From: Felis catus
Lineage: Eukaryota
DNA: 64,000 bases
Reading direction: 5' to 3'
Assembly: GCF_018350175.1 (NCBI RefSeq)
Contig: NC_058383.1
Location: forward strand, 21,268,001 to 21,332,000
The position numbers were made by a program, and so were the translations under genes. Under the pieces are notes generated by a model. The model worked only from the letters and a program-made list of their open reading frames with translations, was not told where the DNA came from and did not search any database. This document shows, one piece after another, positions 12,465-25,404 of this stretch (positions are counted from its first letter, which is position 1; each line of letters begins with the position of its first letter).

Positions 12465-13366
12465 CTGTATTTTTCTCCTCCTTATGATTTTCTTAATAAC
12501 ATTTTCTTCTCTCTAGCTTCCTTTATTGTAAAAGTACAGTGTAGGATACATATAACATACAAAATACATGTTAATCGACTATTTAAGTTATAGGTAAGTC
12601 TTCTAGTCAACCGTAGGCTAGTGGTAGTTAAGTATTTGGGGAAGTCAAAAGTTACATGCAGATTTTATTTTTTTTTTATTTTTTATATGAAATTTATTGT
12701 CAAATTGGTTTCCATACGACACCCAGTGCTCATCCCAAAAGGTGTCCTCTTCAATACCCATCACCCACCCCCCCATCAACCCTCAGTTTGTTCTCAGTTT
12801 TTAAGAGTCTCTTATGCTTTGGCTCTCTCCCACTCTAACCTCTTTTTTTTTTTCCTTCCCCTCCCCCATGGGTTTCTGTTAAGTTTCTCAGGATCCACAT
12901 AAGAGTGAAAACATATGGTATCTGTCTTTCTCTCTATGGCTTATTTCACTTAGCATCACACTCTCCAGTTCCATCCACATTGCTACAAAGGGCCATATTG
13001 CGTTCTTTCTCATTGCCACGTAGTACTCCATTGTGTATATAAACCACAATTTCTTTATCCATTCATTGGTTGATGGACATTTAGGCTCTTTCCATAATTT
13101 GGCTATTGTTGAGAGTGCTGCTATAAACATTGGGGTACAAGTGCCCCTATGCATCAGTACTCCTGTATCCCTTGGATTTATTCCTAGCAGTGCTATTGCT
13201 GGGTCATAGGGTAGGTCTATTTTTAATTTTCTGAGGAACCTCCGCACTGTTTTCCAGAGCGGCTGCACCAGTTTGCATTCCCACCAACAGAAAAGTTATA
13301 TGCAGATTTTCAACTGCACAGGGGTTCCGTGCCCCGAACCTCCCCACATTGTCCAAGGCAACCGTA
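12465..13366 (+). mobile_element. Tigger2-like TcMar transposon 3' part, split by an L1
   Basis: ccttatgattttcttaataacattttc...gtcaaaagtta...gattttcaactgc...gtccaaggcaaccgTA. Confidence 0.75.
12667..13290 (-). mobile_element. Young 5'-truncated felid L1 (ORF2 C-terminus plus 3' UTR)
   Basis: ORF 12888-13268(-) [29 protein letters not shown] is the L1 ORF2 C-terminus; 20-bp TSD aaaagtta(c/t)atgcagatttt at 12647-12666 and 13291-13310. Confidence 0.95.
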
Positions 13367-14063
13367 TATTGTTTAGAGTCTGGTGGAAACAAACAGAAAT
13401 AGTTAAAAAGAGTTTCTCCAGAGAGAAGACTACAGGTGGGTGAAAGGCTATTATTGCTTTTTGCCAATAAGTGCTTCTGGATTATATGACTTCTTACCAT
13501 GTGGATCTATTCCCATGATAAAAAAAAAAATTTTTTTTTGAATTTTAATAGGTAAAATTCTGGAAATGGATTCTCTGAATCAATGACAATGCTATGACAA
13601 TATCTTTTGATGGTGTTAAAAAAGAATGGATCTGATTTAATAGCGCCCTGGGGAGCAATGGTATCCCCCACAATTCAATTCTGCAAACATTTATTGAGTA
13701 AATAGATTCTCTGTGACAGGACCTCTACTAAGCCATAGGGAGGATAAAAAGATGAATCAGACATGGCTCCTGCCTTCAGGAGCTTACAGAAAAGTAAGAG
13801 GAAAACACGAACACACAAGATAAGGTAGAATGGACTAAAGGCATAGAGTTCCATCAAAACACAGTGGGGCCTGGGAGGAAGGTCCGGCTACAGGATTTAA
13901 TATAAGGCAATGAGGAAATATCGCTCATGCTGCCAGTGACACCCAGACCCCCTTCGTTCTCTCCACCCCAGTAAATGCTGACAGCATCCCACTGAGAACA
14001 CCTGTAACTCTTCACATAAAGGTGAAGGACCTGAACAGAAATACCATTACTTAAAGTGACCCT

Positions 14064-14315
14064 GGGGCACCTGAGTGGCTCAGTCGGTTGAGCATCCGAC
14101 TTCAGCGCAGGTCATGATCTTGCAGTTTGTGAGTTTGAACCCCGCGTCGGGCTCCGTGCTGACAGCTTGGAGCCTGGAGCCTGCTTCCAATTCTGTGTCT
14201 CCCTCTCTCTGCCCCTTCCCCACTCGTGCTCTGTCTCTCTCTGTCTCTCAAAGATGAATAAACGTTAAAAAATATTCAAAATTTAAAAAAAAATTTAAAA
14301 ATTAAAAAAATACAC
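14064..14315 (+). mobile_element. Can-SINE
   Basis: Full length; TSD aaagtgaccctgg. Confidence 0.93.
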
Positions 14316-14959
14316 AAAGTGACCCTGGACCACAGCATCTCATGACCACTGGCAAGTTAACAGAAATCCCCTGACCATGGGATTATGGTCTTTTTAAATA
14401 AAATACCTCCTGAGTGGAGGCCTTGAACAATGGATAAAATTTGGGCAAGCGAAGATCAAGGGGAAGGACGTTACACACAGAAAGAGTCAAAGAGGCAGAG
14501 AACAGAAACGTAAACATGGGTTTGCTTCTCTGTGGGATTCCCTGTGGCCGCTGAATTTCTCTTTTGAAGGATTCATCTGGCACTCTTGTAATTATGTGGT
14601 TCATGTCTGTCTTCCCCTCGTGAAACTAAGCATTGGTTTATCTACTAACTGCATCCCCGCTAATACCTGACATCCAGAAGGTGTTCAACAAGTAGATGGA
14701 ATGAGAAATCCCAAAACAAGGAATGGAGAGAGGAGAGGCACGGTGGTAGCCTCATGTACAAGCCCACTCTTTGCCCTGAACGGCTACCCTTCTACCTGTA
14801 GAAATGGCGACTGGCGTCTTATAAGAGCCCCCCCCCTCCCCTGTGAACTTTTGTCTGCAGTCATTTCTCCATGCACCACAAGCCCCTGCCTACAACCTGT
14901 TTCTGTCTTCTTGCTTTCCACCCATCTCTTCTGGGCTCACCTGTGATCTGCGCTCAGAT

Positions 14960-16050
14960 ATGTTCATTTGATCAAAAAATGTTCATTGAGTGCTTATTGT
15001 GTACCAGACGCTGGGACGTGAGGAAGAACTACACATACATAATTTCTGCCCTCTCTGAACTTACATTCTCCTGCAGTAGGCAGATAATCATGCTCAAAAG
15101 AAAAATATTACAGACTGTATTTGAGTGATATGAAGGAAATGAAAAAGATGTTATGAGGTAGAATAATAGTCGATCTAAATTAGCCCCGTGTTGCCAGGGG
15201 AGGAAGGGAGTTATAAAAGACTTTTCTGGGGAAATGACATTTAAGCTGTGAGGAAATGTTTGAGAGATAAGGCTGGAGAACTTGGACCAAATCATTAAAT
15301 CATTCAAGGCCTTACAGACCATATTAAGCTTTGCTGTAGTAATACCAGTAGCTTACAATAGCCATCTGTTTCTAACTCGTGTGATATGCCCATTGTGGGT
15401 CTTGTCTCTGCATTGTCTTCAAGCCTGATGGATCAGCCTTTATTGGCGCCAATGACACTCTTACAAGAGAGGGAAAAGAGGGAAAGGAGGAGCCATATAT
15501 ATGGCTCTTAAGCTTCTGCTTAGAAGTAACATATATCACCTTGGCCCACATTTCATTAGCCCAAGCAAGTCACGTGGCTACTTTCGTCTTCCATGGGGTA
15601 GGACTACATAATCCCCCTGCAAGGCACATGACCGAACCTAATATCAGGGAGGCAGGGAATTAGAACCCTTTGCTAGGGAGGGACATCAAGTATTTTGCAC
15701 AAAAATATAATTTCCTACATAGATTTTATCCTCAGAGCAATGGAAAGCCATTGAAGTGTCCTTAGCAGTAATAAGACACATTTTTTAAAAAGATCACTCT
15801 GGCTACAGTGTGGAGAAGGCTCGGAGACAGCCCAAAGTGGATGTTGGTTGGTTAGGCTGGTGGTAAAGGTGGGAGAAAAATGGTGACTTAGACTAGGGTG
15901 ATGGCAGCAGAAATAGACATAAGTAGGTGAGTTAGAGAACATTCTTATGAGAGGAAATCTACAAGACCTGATGATTTGTTGCATATGGATAGTGAGGGAG
16001 AGAGGGAACTAACAAATGAGGCTAAGATTTGACTCTCGTACCTTCACATC
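14960..16050 (-). mobile_element. L2 fragments with an embedded MLT1-like LTR (about 15330-15715)
   Basis: L2 hallmarks (ttcattgagtgcttattgtgtaccag, gcaatggaaagccattgaag, aaagatcactctggctac). Confidence 0.6.
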
Positions 16051-17881
16051 ATAGCTACCCATGCATTCCTAGACACCTTCTTCCATCAGTAAATAATCCA
16101 TACCCTACTAAACCATTTCCCTCTCCATTCCAAATGCTGTCACCATCCCAAGCAACTTCAGTATCTATGTGAACAACCCATCCACTACCCGTGCCTTTCG
16201 AATCTTGTGCCTTCCCAACTCCATGGCCCTCTCCCCTGCTTCCCTTTGTTCCATGAGTCTCCACGACCACACCTAAGACTGTATAGTCATCCAACAAGAA
16301 ATGCTACGACTCTGAAGTCTCAAATCCTAAAAGTTTTCTTTGGCAACAGGCTGATAATCATATCAGCTTTGGATTTTTTTTTTTAATCTTTTAATCCTCT
16401 TTACTAATGTCTGAATTTTTCACCTACCTAGGAAAATTCCAACCCTGGGTCAATCCCACATTTGCATCCCATGTATCTACACTAGGCTTTGGGCTCTGCT
16501 GAGAGACAACACACAATCACAAAGAATGAAATCTTTGCAAAATGTTGGCCGGAAAACTCAACAGGACCCCTCCAGCTGCTCTGAATATCTTCTAGGCTTC
16601 AGGTGCTTAGTCTCCTGAACTTTCTCATCCACCTCTTCTCTGTATACCCTTGGGTTAAGACCTCACCTTCTACTTCCCATGAAAGCAGAAATGCTATATG
16701 ACCTTCCCTTCATAGAGCTCCTTCAAAGGGAAATTACTCCTCACAGTTCCTGCAGTGAGGGTATGACCAAGACTCACCTCACACGAGTCCATCCACTGTC
16801 CAGCCAAACTCAGATCATCCATTGACCGGCCAATAGCCAATCATTTGTAAGCCTGGCTCAGAAAAGTATCCAGTCTCCTGAATGTGAAAGTGAGAAATTG
16901 AAGCTGCTGAATGAAGGTCAGTTGTGTAGCAAGTATGATCTGTGGGTACACAGAAGTTAGTGTCAAGTAGAAACAAAACGGAAAAGAAGAAGCTGGTCAG
17001 CAGAGAAAGGAAAATGGAGCAGAGGTACGGGGAGAAGACGGCAATTCTCTACCATCCATTAGAATGGGAGAATCTTAGTTCGCAGTGCCAAATTCTGTAA
17101 GGCTGCCTCTCCTTTGGTTGCCTGGGCCCTTAAGAGTCTTCGTGTAGTCTGTGGTAGACCTTGCTTTTTCCCTATCCACTCTTCCTTCTCCTTTTCCCCC
17201 TCCCCCCTGAATAACACAACTCTGGCTTTGTTTGGAGGACAGCATGCCCAATTAAATATACTTGCCTCTCCAAACCTCTTGCAGATGGATGGCCATGTGA
17301 CTTGGTCTGACCAGTGAGAGAAACTGTAGTCTATTGTTGGTGCCTCTAGGGGAAAAATTTTTTTTTATTAAAAAAAAAAGCCTCAACTGACATGCACCTT
17401 TTACTCTTCCTTCCTGCCTGGAGATAAGGCATGATGCTTGAGGAACAGTAAAACATCATGTGGCCAAGAAAGCAAAAGCTACATGCTGAGTGTGGTGAAT
17501 CAGGCAGCTGATTCACCCCTGAACTGCCCATCTCTAGATTCTCAATATTTGAGAACCCTTGTTAGACTAAACACCTATACTTGGATTTTGATAATATCTC
17601 TGTCTCTTGTGTCCAAAATAGCCACAACTGAAAAATAAAACATCAGATAGAACTTTCTCCTCCTACCTGCCAATTCACCTACAAAGTCCACACATCCACA
17701 TCATCCTTTTCTTGCCAGAGAAGGAGGCCCTGGCTGCTAACAGGTCCTCACACATTCTACACCCTGTGTCTGCTCAAGAACCCTGCTCTGTAATCTGCTC
17801 TCTTTCCCTTCTTTGCTCTGGCCCCTGCCTATCAGTATTAAGCCTACTCAACTCTCTCTCATTTAAAATAAATCCTGGTGC

Positions 17882-19596
17882 AATCCCTGTTGAAATAACA
17901 CCAGCATTCTTCACAGAGCTAGAACAAACAATCCTAAAATTTGTATGGAACCAGAAAAGACCCCAAATAGCCAAAGTTATCCTGAAAAAGAAAACCAAAG
18001 CTGCAGGTATCACAATTCTGACTTCAAGCTGTATTACAAAGCTATAATCATCAACACAGTGTGGTACTGGCACAAAAACAGACACATAGATCCACGGAAC
18101 AGAATAGAGAACCCAGAAATGGACCCACAAACATATGGCCAACTAATCTTTGACAAAGCAGGAAAGAATATCCAATGGAATAAAGACAGTCTCTTCAGCA
18201 AGTGGGACTGGGAAAACTGGACAGCGACATGCAGAAGAATGAACCTGGACCACTTCTTACAGCAGACACAAAAATAAACTCAACATGGATGAAAGACCTC
18301 AATGTAAGACAGGAAGCCATCAAAATTCTTGAGGAGAAAGCAGGCAAAAACCTCTCTGATCTTGGCCACAGCAACTTCTTACTCAACATGTCTCCAGAGG
18401 CAAGGGAAACAAAAGCAGAAATGAACTATTGGGACCTCATCAAGATAAAAAGCTTCTGCACAGCCAAGGAAACAATCAGCAAAACTAAAAGGCAACCAAC
18501 AGAATGGGAGAAGATATTTGCAAATGACATATCAGTTAAAGGGTTAGTATCCGAAATCTACAAACAACTTATCACACTCCATGCCCCCCAAAAAAGAAAT
18601 AATCCAGTGAGCAAATGGACAAAAGACATGAATAGACACTTCTCCAAAGAAGACATCCAGATGGCTAACAGACACATGAGAAAAGGCTCAACATTGCTCA
18701 TCATCAGGGAAATTACAAATCAAAACCACAATGAGATACCACCTTACACCTGTCAGATGGCTAACATTAGCAACTCAGGCAACAACAGATGTTGGCGAGG
18801 ATGCGGAGAAAGAGGATCTCTTTTGCATTGTTGGGGGGAATGCAAGCTGGTGCAGCCACTCTGGAAAACAGTATGGAGGTTCCTCAAAAAATTAAAAACA
18901 GAACTACCCTACGACCCAGCAATTGCACTATTAGGTATTTATACAAATGATACGGGAGTGCTGATTCGAAGGGGCACATGCATCCCCATGTTTATAGCAG
19001 CATATCAACAATAGCCAAAGTATGGAAAGAGCCCAAATCAAATGTCCATTGACTGTTGAATGGATAAAGAAGTGGTATGTATGTGCGTGTATATACATAT
19101 ATACACATATATGTGTGTATACATACATGCACACACAACGGAATATTACTCAGTGATCAAAAAGAATGAAATCTTGCCATTTGCAACAACATGAATGGAA
19201 CTAGTGTGTATTACGCTAAGCAAAATAAGTCAGTCAGAGAAAGATAAATATATTATTTCACTCATATGTGGAACTTTAGAAACAAAACAGATGAACGTAA
19301 GGGAAGGGAAGCAAAAATAATATAGAAACAGAGAGGGAGACAAACCATAAAGGACTCTTAAGTACAGAGAACAAACTGAGGGGTGCTGGCGGGGTATTGG
19401 GTGGGGGGTGGGGTAGATGGATGATGGGCATTAAGGAGGGCACTTGTTGGGATGAGCACTGGGTGTTACATATAACTGAAAAATCACTAAATTCTATTCC
19501 TCCAATCATCATTACACTATATGTTAACTAACTTGAATTTAAATTTAAAAATACGTACATACGTATATTAAAATTAAATTAAATAATAAAATAAGA
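17882..19596 (+). mobile_element. 5'-truncated carnivore L1, about 1.7 kb (ORF2 3' part, frameshifted, plus 3' UTR)
   Basis: ORFs 17945-18277 and 18202-19014 encode L1 ORF2 ([48 protein letters not shown]); TSD taaaataaatc(c/t)tggtgc at 17864-17881 and 19597-19614. Confidence 0.96.
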
Positions 19597-19961
19597 TAAA
19601 ATAAATCTTGGTGCCCTCAATCCCAACTCTCTCTCCTCCTTGCTCTCTCCCTATCTTTCCTGTCTTCTTCAAGGTTCTAGCGGGGATTATCTTCAGTCTC
19701 ACCTCCCATGTCATTCCCTTTCATTCACTCCTTAAAAACAACTTCACCCCCCCCCCCCCACTTCACTGAAAACTCTTTTCTGAAAACAGCTTTCTTGAAG
19801 TATAATTGATGTACAAAACACTGCACATATTTAACGAATACAGTGTGATGGTTTTGGACATATGTATACACCCACAAAGCCATCACTGCAATCAAGGCAA
19901 TAGACATACTTGTCACTCTCAAGAGTTTCCTTATGTCCCTTTGTTTTGGTCTTTTGTTCTT

Positions 19962-20098
19962 TGTGTGTGTGTGTGTGTGTGTGCGTGTGTGTGTGTGTGC
20001 GCGTGTGTGTATGTGTGTGCGTGTGTGTGTGTGTGCGCGTGTGTGTGCGTGTGTGTGTGCGTGTGTGCGTGTGTGTGCGTGTGTGTGTGTGTGTGTGT
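19962..20098. repeat. Compound (TG)n/(CG) alternating purine-pyrimidine tract inside an L1MB-like 3' fragment
   Basis: Direct reading. Confidence 0.97.
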
Positions 20099-20202
20099 TA
20101 AAAACACCGCGCAGGAGAGCAACACTCTCAGTAAATTTTTAAGAGCACCATACCGGATTGCTGAGTCTAGGCATTCATCTTGCATTTAAAAAAAACTCTT
20201 GA

Positions 20203-20398
20203 GGGGCTCAGTCGGTTAAGCATCCGACTTTTGATTTTGGCTCAGGTGATGATCTCACAGTTGTGGGATCAAACCCCATGTCAGGCTCCGTGCCCAGCAT
20301 GGATGCTCTCTCTCCCTCTCCCTCTGCCCCTCTTCTGCTAGTGCTCTCTCTCTCAAAAAAAAAAAAAAAAAAAAAAAAAAGATTAAATTAAAAAAAAA
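20203..20398 (+). mobile_element. Can-SINE with partly deleted head
   Basis: ggctcagtcggttaagcatccgact..., long A tail; TSD aaaactcttga. Confidence 0.9.
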
Positions 20399-20669
20399 GA
20401 AAACTCTTGAATTCTCCAAGAAAAGAACACACTCGACACCCCCCATCCACACAATTTACTTGCTATTTACAGAAGACGCCAAGCTGCGTGCCGTCACTCG
20501 CCCCCAGACCTCGGCACAGACCCCCGCCCCGGGAAGCACTGCTCATTCTATGCCCCGTCTCACCCCGCACTTACCGGGCCCTCTTGAACATGCCCTTCAG
20601 GTCTCCACTCAGACATCACCTTTTCCTGGGAGCCATTCCTAAAATACCTTCATGCCTTCTGTTCCCAAT

Positions 20670-21026
20670 TAAATTCTCTGTGCCTCAGTCCCCTCAACTA
20701 TAGAATGGGATATAAATAGTACTTACCCTAGAGAATGTTGTAAAAATTAAATGGGTTAATATCTATAAATGCCTCAGACCCTTGGTTAGCACAGAGCAAA
20801 ACTGTGTAAGTGCTTATTCAATGAGTAAATAAACAATTCACTTGCTAAAATTATTCCTGTTGGACAATTATCACGCTGTATGGAAACTGCCCGTTTGTCT
20901 CGCCTTCTAGACTAGTAGTTCTCAACTCTGGTTTCACAAGTGAATCACCTGGGAAGCTTTTTTAAAAAATCTGATCCCTAAACCATATCCAGACCGATTA
21001 AGTCAGTATCTATAAAGATGTATTCT

Positions 21027-21070
<44 letters not shown>

Positions 21071-21470
21071 CTCCATTGTGTGACCAAGTGCAAGCCACAA
21101 CTCTAAAACCATTGATTCTAATCCCTAGCTGCACAATAAATTATCTGATGAGTTGTTTTTTTTTAAGTACTGATGTCCAGGCCCACTCCAGACCACCCTC
21201 AGAACGTCTGGAGGGGCGGTCAGGCATCAGTATTAGCGTAAAGCCCCTACACAGTATACAGTAAGGTATAAGAACCATTCTCTAAACCAGAGGTTGGCAA
21301 GCTATGGCTCGCAGGCCAAATCCTATCCTCCATTTGTTTTTGTAGAGAAAGATCTATCAAGACACAGCCACACTCACTCGGTCACATAGGTCTGTGGCTG
21401 CTTCCACGCTTCAAAGGCAGAGTTGGGTACTTGTACAGAAACTGTATGGCCCAGAAGCCCAAAGTAGTTT
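20670..21470. mobile_element. MIR, MER5A (with (CA)n at 21028-21069) and MER58-like cluster
   Basis: ctctgtgcctcagt...tatagaatggggata (MIR); tagtagttctcaac...gaatcacctggg (MER5); cagaggttggcaagctatggctcgcaggccaaatcc (MER58). Confidence 0.7.
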
Positions 21471-22669
21471 CCGAAGACTCTTACTTCAACATCACATCCA
21501 TATTCCTGAACTTGGCATGTGTCGAGCCTTTGAGAAATTACTTATCCACGTTAATATCCAGCCCCCCCTCCCAAAACTAACTGCCAAGATTCTTTTTTTC
21601 TTTTTTGCCTTACCTTATGGTTCCATACAACACACTCTGCGCGTCTTGGAGACCGTGCCCTTCGCGGGAGGTTCCCCTAGCTCTAGGACACTTCATCAAA
21701 ACAAGGCTCATTTTACTTTTCCACCAGTGAGGGGCTGCAAGCGGAGATTGCTCTCTGCTTCTCCAAAGAGCAGTGGCCCTCTGGGAGACTCGACATTCTC
21801 CATTTAATTACCAGTAACACAGTCAGATTATTTCCCCTGGGCGTTACCTCATCACAGCCGGGGAAAGCCACTCAACGCGAGCAGAGGGCGGGGTGGGTTC
21901 CTTGGGACCCTGCTGCCCCCACCCACCCCCCGGAACAATACAAATAAAGGGACCTTAACGCCCAGCCTTCTTCTTTTCCGCTCATGTCATTTCATTTTCT
22001 CCACAAAAACAAACCAGAAAATGTTTCAGCTCATTTGGCTCCGGGTTACCTCAAAAGAATGAGCCCCTTTTCAGCCCGTGGATATAGACACCAAAGGAAC
22101 AGCTACAAATTTAAAACCCGGCATTGTACCTGCTTCCGGTCTTTCCAAACCTTGTTGGAAAGATCACAGTGAATCTGGGAGGAGATACAGAGCCTCTGGG
22201 CTGCTGGGAAAGACATTGGTGAGAATCACAGGCTACAATCGTCCGAGGTCCTGTCCCCTCCTTGGAGGTTCAGCCGATGAAAACGGCCACTTTTGTGGCA
22301 TGGTGCGATTTTATTTCTATTAACCTCCCTTGGCTGCCGGGGAGATCCCACACCTGGTTTTGGGGATGCTCCCAGGTGATGATTCAACTACCAACTTACT
22401 CTGGCTCCTTAGGAGGATTAGTTGTTAGGCCGCATAATTTAGTTTCTGCAAAATAGGACTAATTTCCTCATGTGTTGTCTATTTGCATAGCAGTATCCCG
22501 AGGAGGAAATTCAGGGAGATGTAGACTTGGATGATGCTGCCAAAGTCCATCAAATCCAATCCCCCCTGTCCAGGCTGTATCGCTCCAGGATCACAGGAGT
22601 TTAGGACCACTGCTCATTTTCTAAAGGAGGAAACTTTAGTGACCTAAGTCGCTTATGTAACTATATTCC

Positions 22670-23710
22670 CAACAGCCTATGTGACATCTCCCCCCGTATA
22701 GCCAATAGGTTTGTCACACCTAGCCTGTCTAGTGTCTCCCGTTTATCACCAACCTCCTTCCTCTCCATATAATTATGCAGCGCCAGCATCCACTGCCCAG
22801 TTGTTCAGGTTGTGCACAACCTGAGGGTGGTGCCTGATTCCTCTCTCTCATCCAAGCTCCACTTCCAGCCCATCAGTGAGCCTGGTCACCTCTGCCTCTC
22901 TTACCCTCTGCTACTCCCCTAAACCAAGCCACCACCTCCATTACTTACGGCTGCTAACCCAAAAATCTCAGCTTTTACTCTTGATCTCCCTACAATGCAT
23001 TTTCCATTCAGCAGTCACAGTTAATCTTCTGAAATGCAAATCCCGTCAAGACATTCCACTGCTTCAAGTCATCTGACGGATTCTCTTTCACTTAGAATAA
23101 AATTCAGTCTCCTTTCCTTGGCCTCTAAGGCTATAGTCCCGTACGCAGAGATCAGGGTTTCGCAACCACGGACATTTGGGGCTGGAGAATTCTCTCGGCG
23201 GGGGGCTGTCCTGTGCACCGTAGGATGTTTAAATGCCGGTAGTATACCCGCACCCCGAATGGTGACCTTGCCCGTCAATCCAACCCATCTGAGGCCACCC
23301 CCCAACCTCCAACACTTGCCCTACCCTCGTTCACCACGATCTGACGCCACCGTCCTGCTTGTTCCCAAATTTACATTTGCGCTCCTTTGCCTGGAGGGTC
23401 CTCCTCCCAGATCTCCACATGGCCGGCTCCTTCCCATCAACCGGGTCTCAATTCAAGCCCTCACCTCCTCAGAAAGACCTTCCCAGCCATCCTGCCCCAG
23501 CAGCCCACCCATCCTTTAACCTCTGTCTCACTGCCCAGTTTTATTTCCTTCATAGCATGCATTAGTACCTGAAATTATCTTCTTCATTTGTTTGGTTCTA
23601 TGTTGTGGTCTTTTCCTGGACTGTAAGCCCTATAAGACTTCATCCATCTTGCTCTCCACTCTTTCCCCAGTGACTACCTAAGTACTGCATACAGTAGGCA
23701 GTCAATAAGT
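22670..23710 (+). mobile_element. L2 3' region with a MER20 fragment (about 23152-23280)
   Basis: cagcagtcacagttaatcttctgaaatgcaaat, tcctcagaaagaccttcc, cagtaggcagtcaataa; MER20 ggggctgtcctgtgcaccgtaggatgttt. Confidence 0.7.
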
Positions 23711-23880
23711 GGTTGTTATAGGACCCAATGAGTGGACCCGTAAGACTAGAGCTAACTCACGTCTGCTAGGGCTGGACACGGATTCTTTCCCAGGCCCCAG
23801 GGCAACTGGATCTGTTTCAAGAGAATGGCAACCTGTCACAAGACAGATTATCTATCTCTGGTTAAGAATACAGGCTTCTT

Positions 23881-24123
23881 GGGGCGTGTGGGTGGCTCGG
23901 TGGGTTAAGCATCCAACTCTTGGTTTCAGCTCAGGTCATGATCTCATGGTTCATGGGTTCGAGTCCCGCATCGGCCTCTGTGCTGGCAGCATGGATGGAG
24001 CCTGCTTGGGATTCTCTGTCTCCCCCACCCCTCCCTCTGCCCCTCCCCTGCTTGTGCGCTCTCTCTCATTCTCTCTCTGTCTCTCTCCCAAAATAAATAA
24101 ACATTTATTAAAAAAAAAAAAAA
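23881..24123 (+). mobile_element. Can-SINE inserted in a MIR
   Basis: Full length; flanking aagaatacag duplication; MIR continues as gagttcaaatcccagctttgcc. Confidence 0.92.
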
Positions 24124-25182
24124 AAGAATACAGCCTTCCTGAGTTCAAATCCCAGCTTTGCCATTCATCAGCTGTGTGACCTTGGGCAGGATGCTACACT
24201 TTCTAACCCTCTGTTTCCTTGTCTATAAAATGGGAAAAATAAAGGTCTCTTTCTCCTAGGATTGGTGCAAAGGTTAAGTGAGATAATAAGCACAAAACAC
24301 TTAGAGGGGTATTCTATATTTAAACATAAAAACACTTAGAGTCAGTTCTGTGTCGTTGTTATGATACATTGTTTCACTGAGTGAGACCTTTCCTGGGGAA
24401 GGTGACCTCACTGCAAGATGTGAAATCCCACTGCCTCCTCAACCATCTACCCTGGGAGAGGAAAAGCAGTCCCGCGGAACTTTCTATCAGGGACTTTTTC
24501 TCCCAAAAGCTATTTCCCTCCAATGCAAATAAATCTGATTTTATCTTGAGCCCAAGCAGAGAACTACCTATGTAGTAGTAACCTTTAATAGCCCAGAACA
24601 ATATAATTGCTACTTCTTAGCATTCTCTTCTCCAGGGTAAATAATACTAATGCCTTGAATGCCTACTTGCTTTTCCCACTTCCTGATCTCTTACATTCAT
24701 TGTTCTCAATTTGGAAAGAGATCTAAATGAAGAGAAAGGAGAGCTGCTGTTGTCATAGCAACTGCAAAGGGACAGACAACCCAGTTGGGATGAAATAAGA
24801 AAAGTCGGGTTGTTTATGTTTTGTTTTTTCCATTTTTCTTTCTGATTGAAAACATTCCATTGCTTTGAAACGGAGGCACGTGGCTGACACTGTCATTCTT
24901 ACCCAGTGCCTCCTGATTCTTCCCTCCCCACCACCTGACAGAGAGGGGGACCTGTCAGAGTCTGATGAGAGAAGGTGCTTGGGGACATCTCTATTGAAAA
25001 GCATCCCCTGTTTTATCACCTTTAAGGCTGAGTTTTGTGTTCATCCAACACAGTACACAGCCTCCCTCCCTACTTTCTGTCTTGGTTGGCATTACAGGTG
25101 GGTACCTGCCTATTCCCCAGCTACACTGATAAATTCTTCAAGATCAGGAACAGGGCTTATTCCCTATATTCAAAAAAAAGAT

Positions 25183-25404
25183 TTAAAAAAAATTTTTTTA
25201 ACTATTTTATTTATTTTTGAGACAGAGAGAGACAGAGCATGAGCAGGGGAGGGGCAGAGAGAGAGGGAGACACAGAATCCGAAGCAGGCTCCAGGCTCTG
25301 AGCTGTCAGCACAGAGCCCGACGCGGGGCTCGAACCCACAAACTGCAAGATCATGACCTGAGCCAAGGTCAGACGCTCAACCGACTGAGCCACCCAGGCG
25401 CCCC
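25183..25404 (-). mobile_element. Can-SINE
   Basis: Full-length reverse copy. Confidence 0.95.

Noticed and set aside
18202..19014. Longest ORF (270 aa) as a host gene
   Set aside because: It is a frameshifted L1 ORF2 C-terminal fragment inside a TSD-flanked, 5'-truncated L1
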